Shown here: positions 23,047 to 32,600 of the stretch, piece by piece
Layout: every line of letters starts with the position of its first letter
Position numbering within the stretch: position 1 is the stretch's first letter
Assembly (NCBI GenBank): GCA_002269645.1
Contig: NIVC01004682.1
Coordinates: 1 to 38,256, forward strand
Length of the DNA: 38,256 nucleotides
Reading direction: 5' to 3'
From: Macrostomum lignano
Taxonomy: Eukaryota
Position numbers and translations under genes: made by a program
The notes under the pieces: model-generated
The model's database searches: none
What the model saw: only the letters and a program-made list of their open reading frames with translations
Told to the model about the DNA's origin: nothing

Positions 23047-24314
23047 AATAATAGAGCAGAAATTTGCTAGCAACTGAGGCGAAAAAGTGTTTGCTTCGAG
23101 CACTGAACGAGCCAGGTTGAGAAGCTGCAAACGTTACTAAAAATAGCGATTGCTGGCGGATGCCTTGCCGGAACCGGGAACCAATGGACAGCAGATACAA
23201 AGCGAAACAAAAGCCGAAGTTGCTGGCTTCGCTTCCTTGCAGCTTTTGTTCTGATCCATGAAAGAAATTTGAATCACCCTGGGAAGCGAAAGAAAGCAGT
23301 CGTTGACGCTCGCTGAATTGTGCTAAGATACTCCTTCAATAGTCAAAACTGCCTGCTTAGCAGTAAGTCGAAGCAAGAAGTAATAGATGTAGGGAATATC
23401 TCCAAAGCTCCTTTCTGCTTTGTAACTCACATTGACGTGTTAGACAAACTGAGTTTGGTGTGCAGCAGTCTTGTGCGAGGTACACCTGTGCACGTAAATG
23501 CTCCTGAAGCATTACGGAGCCTCTCCAGTGCAAAAATCGCCACCTTTTTTAACCCGCTGCCTCTAATGCATTTCCTTCTTTCCAACTCTTTAACAACGGC
23601 GCAAAATAAATCCTGTTATCAAATTCTGCAGGGAAGTGTTCCCTTTTTAACAATTTTTTAACACGGAGGAAAATTTGTTATTTTCTTAGACAACTCAAAC
23701 GCATCTGGAGTGAGACGTCAATCAATCATTTCGTTATAACAATTGTGAACTTCTTCCCCTTAGGCTCTTTGCTGTTATAGAACGGGGGCCAGTCACCCTA
23801 CAGGGCTCAACACGCCTAGGAGTGGGTCACAATGGCATGGGTTTTTCAAGTCTCATGCCTTGCAGGGGGCCCTTATTTGTTGCCAGGTGGTCCATTTTTC
23901 AGTAATAGCTTCTAGATTTCATGTTTTTACTTAGTTGTCTTAGATGTCAATCAAATTTTTGATACATACACATGCAGACTCTGAGTTTTCAACGCTACAA
24001 AGACAAACTGGTTTTAATATCTTCAAATTCAAGTTATGAGTCGGCGAATAATCAGAATGTAGCTAAAAATGCGTAAATAAGAAACCGAATTACTTATACT
24101 AATTGATACACGTATCCAGTCTTAGGTTAAGACAAATCGAAGGATTCTAGTGATGCGTTTGACCGTAAACAAGTTGTTTGCAAAGTGTTTCAGTCGTATA
24201 TTGATCGAATATCACAAATTAAGTTATATCTTTCTTTCTGATAGAATTTCCTGGTCACTAGGGCAGTGTTTACTTAACAGAGTCAATTGATCTCGATGCT
24301 CAAAAGGCCCAGTT

Positions 24315-25335
24315 TTAAAGAATTAGCATTTCAAATTCTTTCAGTGAGTAGTAGGAGCCGAACGGATACCGCCAGATGACGCCTTCAACAAATGGGCCTC
24401 CAATGGCCGCACTGAAATCTCGGTATTGTCCATTGGGGAATGAATCAGAGCAATCTGAGAACCACCAGGCTCCGAAAAACTTGTCCGCACAGTTTTCGTG
24501 ATAGGTGTCGTGATCAGCGGCTCTCGTCGAGAATTGGCGGCCATTGTTGCGAGACATCGAGTTGCCGACGCCGGCGCTGCCGGAGAAGCCGGACACGCTC
24601 AGCCGGTAGTTGTCCGACTCGGGACCCACGGAGAAGCTGGAGTACTCAGCCCAGTGCTCAGAGTCGTTCCACGCCTTCATCAGGATCCTCAGCTTCCGAG
24701 GACCAGAAGCAGTGAGAGCGTGGAGAGAGTTCAGGCCTGGGAAGATGCGGACGTCATGGCGGTGTTTGTCATTGAAGTCCGAGTTGGAAAAGAAAGCGAA
24801 TGGAGCAGATCTGGGATGCACTCACCGATCCAGTAGTTTCCGTCGGGTCCCTCGCCGAACTCGCTCTGGTACTGAGTCCAGTTGCGGTAAAAGTCCACTG
24901 AGCCGGACACCCTGTGCTGCACGGTGGTCCAGCAGTCACTGCCGGCTGTCTGCAAAAGAAAACAAGTGGGTTGGTTTAGCAAACATAATACTCGAATTTT
25001 AGGAGTGGATTTTTGTCACTCACCCACACTCGCTGAGCTCCCTTGTTCGCATCACGGCACTTCCTGCAGTGGCTCAGGCCCAGGCGACACCTGAAGTGAG
25101 CGCACAGGCCGGAGCTGGCGTTGAACGCCACCAGCTGCACAGCGGGGTCACCGGTGGCAGCGACAGTGCACTCGATTTTGGACTGAGCTGAGAGCGACTT
25201 CGCGGGCTCGTAGTCGAAGAGTCTCCCCGGACTGAATCTCCATTTTGTTATTCCAGCACTGGCCTGGCACCCGATAAGCTGGACTGCAGCGAGTGTCAGG
25301 AACCACACGGCTGCCAGAGCGCTTACCGGGCGCAT
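24315..25335 (-). CDS. Secreted PAN/Apple-like + fibrinogen C-terminal domain protein, copy D (285 aa)
   Basis: Exons 25335-25024, 24949-24826, 24736-24315 (858 nt, in frame); leader [27 protein letters not shown]; same intron positions and phases as A-C. Confidence 0.9.
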
Positions 25336-26192
25336 GCTCTACTGGATAGAAATGGCTGTCGCCTTGCTGCTTTAGGTTTAGGTTTTGTCTCGGTAGTTTT
25401 CAAGTCTAGCTTCAGAAATGGCACTGCTTCTATAGACAATAAGAAGTTTTAAACCCCTTTTGCTTCGTTTGTAGCAGGAGTTTTTATGGTTGGGAAGAAA
25501 CAATAGAAACGCTCGGTGGGAGCCACCCCATAGCGGCGACATTGTGGCATCGGGGAGGAGTCTTGGCGAGCGGCCTGTTGGCAATTTCCGTTGTTGCAGT
25601 TTTTCGGAAGCCGATTTTTCTCGGCGACGTCTGCGCGAAAAATCCGGAAACTGCTTTCTTCTTTGTTTGCTTGTAAAAGATTTTTCAGAGCATTAGTTGC
25701 TTCTTGTATTAACTAAAAATATGAAAATGCAATAGTCAACTTAGAGTATCTTGTATCAGAAGCAGTAAAATGTAAATCGTGCTTTTTTGTTTTCAAAAAT
25801 GAGTAGCCGGCAGTAAACTTCATAGAATTTTATTTTAGATTTTAACCAGGTGATCTATCGCGATCATAAAAATCCATGGTATATTATAAAATTGTTATCG
25901 AATAACAGTGATGAGCAGTTACGTAACACATGTCTGTTTTTGAGTATGTTTAAATTAGTCATCAATTTTTAACCAACACCCAATCATAACTTTTTTCTTA
26001 CGTATTTGGGAAAAGTTTGTGAAAGTAGGCTGACCTAAGTAGTAATATAAGCTTTCTCACTGACAAAAGCGATGAAAAATAGATAAATTTTCAAAACTGA
26101 AAATCAGAGCACGCAGGAATTCAAATTCAGTTGATGCTGTTTCGGGTCAAGATTCAAAGCAAAATAGCCATGCTGAGGTCCGAGCTGCCTCA

Positions 26193-26684
26193 TCAGTAGA
26201 GCTCTCGAATTCTCTGCACCGACTTCTGCCAGTTGTCAAACCACCTGGTCTCGAGGGTGTCAGCCTCCGCAGCAGCTCGTCGGATCTCCTCCATTACTTC
26301 GTGGAAGAATTCCTTAAACGCGGCGTAGAACTCCCTGCGAGCCTTGTCCGTCTCGTTGTGCGCCATGGTGGTCTTGGCCGTCACGGTCAGGGTGGCGCAG
26401 CGCAGAGTCTTGGGCGGCTGCTGCTCAGGCGGCTGGAACTCGTTGAGCGGCAGGCCGGACCAGTTGGCTTTGCCCCGCGGGATCAGCTGATCCTTGTTGG
26501 GGTCGTGCAGTGGCTCGCCGGCCATCTGCTTGCGCAGCAGGTCGGCAGTGGGCAGCAGGTCGGGTGGGACGCGGCCGCGTTCAACTTCGTCGGCTGTGAG
26601 GAGGCTGTCTAGCTTGATGAAGAGCAGCTCGGACAGCTGGCTGACCTGGCTGGCAAAGAAGTCGGCCTCGCGGACTACCAGCTC
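26193..26684 (-). CDS. CCDC180: CCDC180 terminal coding exon
   Basis: Acceptor ccgcAG at 26685; 164 codons ending RIRELY-TGA. Confidence 0.85.
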   Translation of the reverse strand, partial: ELVVREADFFASQVSQLSELLFIKLDSLLTADEVERGRVPPDLLPTADLLRKQMAGEPLHDPNKDQLIPRGKANWSGLPLNEFQPPEQQPPKTLRCATLTVTAKTTMAHNETDKARREFYAAFKEFFHEVMEEIRRAAAEADTLETRWFDNWQKSVQRIRELY

Positions 26685-29600
26685 CTGCGGTGGCGTGGTG
26701 GAGTGCGGAAATGCGGCGGCAGTTGCTCTTATGAGCGCTATCATTGCATTGAGGGACAGGCATTCTCAGGCTGGGTTCTCAGCAAGTGACAAGCCTTAAA
26801 TTAGCACGAAATCTGAGTAATCTATTGGGTTGACACTTCCTGTCTTTCTGTCTGATTCCGCATTGTTAACAAATTCTTTTAGATTGGCTGGAAAGAGTCC
26901 TGTGTTTGTCAAGATACTCGTCACTAGTATGTTTTGCCTACTAAAAGTATTGTTGTGCCCTGAAGAATCGCCCTCACCGTTACTTGTTATGAATCGCTCC
27001 CCACCGTTACTTATTCCTTCAATGTTAGCCTTGATTCTTTACAGTTATATCTATGGCCTCAATTCCTGCTATGCTTACATCTTATTTCCTAAGTTAAAAT
27101 ACAACTGTTATCTGCCAAGCTCGATACACAACACTGACGTCGCCATCCTCGTTGGGCGAACTACCGCTATGCAAGCCCGACCGTGCCCAGGTCTGGCTAA
27201 CTGCCTTTGAAGCGCTTGCTAGAGCCAAAGGCTGGTCCGATACTACTGAGAGGAAAACCATCGCTGACAACTTTCTTGCTTGCTGTGGACTGACTACATT
27301 GGAAAAACTGCAAAGCCTAATATCACCGCGCGCTGTAACAGAGTTGTCGTTTACTGACATCAAAGCAGCACTCACCTCCTATCTGCGTCCGAAGGAGAAG
27401 CTTACTATCGCAGAACGCGCACGTTTTTTTACGATGCAGAAACTACCTGTTGAGCCAGTCACTGACTTTGTCATCAGATTGCGGCATGCGGCAGCCGATT
27501 GCAAATTTGACTCACTCAAGACGCATCAAAGTTCTTTGGAAGAATTGATACGAATGGCACTGATCGCCGGACTTCGTGACGGCCGGAAGCAACAACGTGT
27601 GCTTGAGACATTGCAACTCACTGAGCTCTCCGTTTCTGAGATTGTAGACTGCATTCGAAACATGACCCAAGTTGACAAGTTCGTCTTAAAACAGATGGAA
27701 ACGACAGGAGGCCCCTCGGTGCCACCCGCGCAGACTGCTGCCACAGTTCAATCCGATGACTCGACCCTTCATTATACTCAGTCACAGCGACCTGACAGAG
27801 GCGGCACTTGCCGGAAAATCACGGCTTGTCGATATTGTGACAAGCCGCATCCTGAAGGAAAATGCCCAGCTTTTGGCAAGATCTGTTCTAAGTGCGGAAA
27901 AAAAGAACCACTTTAGTGCTGTCTGCAAATCAGCGGCCTCTCGACCCGTACATCACACCACAGCTGATGAAGAAGACACAAGACTTGATCCGCAACCTAC
28001 AACAACAACAACAACAACAGAGTACGCTGTCAGTTCGCAAAAGCAGCGTCAGATGGCGCGCTTCGAAGCTTGGGCGCGAACAAAGGCCGCACCGCCGGCA
28101 GAGTCCGGGGCGCCGGCGTCAGCCAGCAGACAGTCGACGTAGCGCCGAGTCCTCGCCTGTCTCCGCCGGTAGGGTGCCTGCAACGTAAGTAGCAGCACCT
28201 CCTGCACCGGCTTCGGACAGTAGGCCTCGGCGCGGATGATGTGGCCTGCCAGCTGGAGTCGCCGACGGCGCAGCAGATCGCTAGGACGGGCCAGGCCGGC
28301 GCGATGATAGAGCGCCGTGTTGGTGACTCGCTCGTTGCCGATCTTGAAGGCGGCGCGCAGCAGGCCAGCGTGCGCCGCGTCGACTTGAGCCTCGAGCGAG
28401 TCTGTCAGCGTCCAGGTCTCGGCGTTGTATAACAGGACGGTCTCGATCACCGACTGGAACAGCGCCGCCCTCTGGCGGTCCGGTAGGGCCTCGGACTGCA
28501 GGACTGACCTTATAGAACGAAAGGCAGCCCAGGCAAGTCCTCGGCGACGCCGCAGATCCTCGCGGACGTCGGGAACCAGACCGCCGAGGTAGAAGAACTG
28601 CTGACATCTTGGAAGCTCACTCGCCTGTCCGTCAGCGCCTCGGCAGAAGATTGCAGCCTCGGTGTCGTCCGGCACGCATAGCACGACGGTCTTCTGCGTG
28701 TTGACCACCAGGCCGACTCTCGCCGCAACGGCAACCAACCTATCCAGCTGTCGTTGGGCGCCCTCGACGGTCGAGGACAGCAGGGCGAGGTCATCGGCGT
28801 AGCCAAGCACGCTGAGCCGTCTCTCCGGTTGGCGTCGACCCACGCGTCGCCGCAGCAGGAAGCCGCAGCAGGAAGCATGGAGCAACCTACGACCGTGCTC
28901 CATCTAACCGACCCCCTACACTCAATCGAAGCCACGACCGAAGCAGTGCGCATCAATGACAAAAGGCTAGAGATGCAAGTTGATACGGGTGCATCCGTCT
29001 CCGTGTTATAGAGCGCGCAGTGGACCAAGTTGGGCCAGCCACCACTTCTACGCTGCAACCGACGCCTAGAGGCTTTTGACGGGCATGTGATGCGGTCACT
29101 CGGCAAGATGGCTACGACTGTAGAGCTACGAGGGCGTCTACACTCGGCAGAATTCATTGTGGTGACTTCCGCTAAACCGTATGGCTTGCTGGGTCGGGAC
29201 CTCCTCGATTCTGATGGTCTCTTCCACACAGAGTCACCAGCCAGCAACACAGCTGCGGAGCACCTGCCCACCATCAGAGGTGTCAAGGCCTGAATGGAGT
29301 TGAAAGATGGTGCTCGACCACAATTCTGCCGTGCGCGCCCAGTTCCCTTGGCCCTGGAAGACCAGATCAACGCTGAACTATACCGTCTTCACCGACTAGG
29401 TGTCATCGAACCAATAGAAGGCCCAGTCAGTAATTCTTCCCACGTGGTATGGGTGAAAAAAAGGATGGATCACTGCGGATGTGCGCAGACTATAGTGTGC
29501 ATGTCAACTCAAAGATCAAATCAGATTCGCATCCGATCCCACACGTGGAAACCATGTTCTCGAAACTAAAGAATGCCAAGACATTTGCCACCGTCGACCT

Positions 29601-32600
29601 GCGTTCCGCATACTGGCAGATTGAGCTAGACGAAGCGGCGAGAGATCTGTCAGTTATCAATACGTCCGCGGGCTCTATCGAGTAAATCGATAATGGGCAT
29701 GAAAAACGCCTCTTTTATCTTTCAAAGAACAATAGAGTCCATTCTAGGGGACATAAAGGATTTACTGATCTACCAGGACGACATTCTTGTCCACGCACCA
29801 GACAAAACAACCCTAGAAAAGCGTCTTACTGCCGTCCGGACGCGGCTCACTGAAAAGCGCGTGACCATCAACGAGTCAAATTGCATTAGCTATTGCGATT
29901 CCGCCTCATTCTTAGGCTTTCGGATCTCTGCTGCAGGCATAGAGCCCAATGATCGCGTGGTCGAGAAAATTCGTCATGTGTGTGCACCTGCAAACAAATC
30001 GGAGCTCGCCCACTTCCTCGGGATAGTCATTTTTTGGGCGGCTGATCCCGAACTTTGCGGGCGAGACTGCACCTCTTAACAGACTGAGAAAGGCCGGCAT
30101 ACCTTTTGTGTGGTCGGATGAATGCTCCAGGGCATTCGAGAGTCTCAAGATAGAGATTGCGTCAGCGCCTGTCTTCCAACCATACAGTCTGACGAAAGAG
30201 CTCACGCTCACCACCGATGCGTCCAAGGGAGCGCTCGCCGCCGTGGCAACGCAGGATGGCCATCCCGTCATATACGTGTCACGCAGCATGTCTTCCGCTG
30301 AGGCCAACTATTAAAACATAGAGAGCGAAGCTCTGGCTATAGTTTGGGCGACTGCACGTCTAAAACATTACTTCCACGGCCGACCCTTCACCATCCGTAC
30401 CGACCATCAACCACTTCTGCGTTTGTTTGGGTCTGGCACCGGCATTCCGCTAAATGCATCCGCACGGATCGGCCGTTGGGCGATGTACCTGATGCAGTTC
30501 GACTACCAAATACAGAATGTACGTGGCAGCAGCAATCCGCACGTTGACGCTCTCTCAAGACTGCGTTTTAAGGGCAGCACGGTTGATGACAAGACAACTT
30601 TTGAAGCAATTAACTCAGTGGCTTTTGAATCGCCCGTTATTGACGCCAGAAGGATTGCCGCTGAAATAGACGTCGACGGCTTTGCACAGAAGATATTCAA
30701 TCGGGTGCGACAAGGAAACTGGATGAATTGCAGCCAGGCAGAAGCACAATTTAAGAAGGTTGCCGAAAAATTGACGCTGGAGAATGGCCTGCTCTACATG
30801 CAGAGGCGCGTATACATACCTCCTCGTTTACGACAGACCGCCTTCAACACGATTCAAAGCACACATTCCGGAGTGCAGGCTTCCTACAATTTGCTATCTG
30901 CGACCTGTTGGTGGCCTGAGATGCAGCATGATGTCGCTCAATATGTGCAGCGCTGCCCCGGGTGCAACCAACTGCGCCCACACGCTGGGCGTGACAGAGA
31001 CCACTGGCCCCCGTCAACATACCCATTCCAACGGATTCATATGGATTGGGCATTCGTAAAGGACGCTGGAAACACTATAATAGTTGTGGACGCGTTCTTA
31101 GGCTGGATAGAGGCCTTCCCTAGTCGCGACCGGACAACTGACTCCGTCATTCGGTGCCTCACAACAGTATTCACGCGCTTTGGGGTTCCAGAGGTTGTTG
31201 TATCAGACAACGCGCCCGAGTTTACCCGAGCAAACTGGAATCACCGGCATACTACCCGCAAGCGAACGGGGCAGCTGAAAGAGCTGTGCAAACGGTCAAG
31301 TCGGCACTGCGGGCCTGGTCGGAAAGATTAACGCATATGAAATTCAGCCACTTCCTGCAAAAGGTGCTCCTGCATCATCGGAATTCTGCTTCGTCCCGAG
31401 GAGGCTGCCCCGCCGAAATAATTTTTGGATGACGACTCCGTGTCCCGGTTGTGTCGCACTTTGAACAGGGTGACAGCGTCATCTACACGCCCAATAGTTC
31501 TGCCGTTGGCAACCCAGTGACTTTCGTCATGACGGCTGGCCGCAATACGGCTTGGATCCTGACCGAGGACAACCTTCGCTTCACCAGCACAAACCAGATC
31601 GCCCCACTAGCCTCTCAATCGCCAGGAGTTGAGTCAGAAGATGAGGAGGACCAACACGCTCCGGTCACCAGGGAGGAGCCTGGCACTGCTGAGGACAAAA
31701 GCCCCGAGCCTGGAGAGGATACGCTCCCGCGAAGAGGAAGCAGGAACCGGACCGCGCCTGATCGCTTTGTGTCATGAACTATTTTCCGATTTTCGAAAAA
31801 CTTTAATACTGCAACAACATAAGCTCCACCAAGAGGGGACATGTTGTGCCCTGAAGAATCGCCCTCACCGTTACTTGTTATGAATCGCTCCCCCATCGTT
31901 ACTTATTCCTTCAATGTTAGCCTTGATTCTTTACAGTTATACGAGCATCTATGACCTCAATTCCCCACCAAAGCAGCTAAAAGCCCCAGCTTTCCTTTTC
32001 TTTCTTTAAGACCTGCTATGCTTACATCTTATTTCCTAAGTTAAAATACAACTGTTATCTGCAAAGCTCGATACACAACAAGTATGATAGTAGGAGTCGT
32101 TTTTAAATAACTGGTAAATAATTTGCCGGAATAAGGGTCTGAAATTCAATACTTTTATAGCTCGTAGCTCATAGACAGAGTATGTAAGCCCCTACATTAC
32201 GAGTGCATTTCCAGTGCGAACAAACTATCGTTACCATGAGAGACCCAGGTAAAAGGACTTGCGCCAAATACATGCTTGTTCGGCACCAGGTAGCTTTAAC
32301 TATCTAGCTCTCAGTTAGTGACCTTTCCTTTAGTTAGGCCACGGAACAGACTCTCACAGGACTAAACAGATCATAGACGCACCTGCTTGTCGGTCTTCAG
32401 TGCGGCTAGGGCGGCCAGAAGCTCCTCGTGGCGCTGCTGCTCGGCGCGGCAGACAGCCTCCAGACGGTGCAGACGCTCCGGATGGCCAAGTGCCGGCGAC
32501 AGCGTCTCCTCGTGTTTGCGCCGTCGTTGCTCCAGCTCCGTCAGTGCTGACGCCGCCTCGGCGGACAGCCTGTCGAGGCCGGCGCGCACCGATTGGACGC

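Larger units (their letters stand above)
26951..32080 (+). mobile_element. Decayed Ty3/Gypsy LTR retrotransposon (Mag/K02A2.6-like), full length, antisense in the last CCDC180 intron
   Basis: LTRs 26951-27133 and 31842-32080 with TGTTGTG...CACAACA termini; TSD AGTAT at 26946-50 and 32081-85; PPT AAGAGGGGA at 31831; domain order gag-PR-RT-RH-IN; multiple stops and frameshifts. Confidence 0.95.

Noticed and set aside
22606-23200. ORFs of 174 and 168 aa
   Set aside because: Derived from the 10-bp satellite.
23320-23661. 113-aa ORF and opposite-strand fragments as a transposase remnant
   Set aside because: No recognisable motif, termini or TSD.
14903-25002. Antisense ORFs over FReD exons (14903-15205, 17734-18030, 24440-25002)
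   Set aside because: Shadows of GC-rich coding sequence, repeated only because the sense exons are repeated.
28241-29370. Plus-strand ORFs 28281-28607 and 28510-29370
   Set aside because: Antisense to the LINE RT, running into a non-pol frame.
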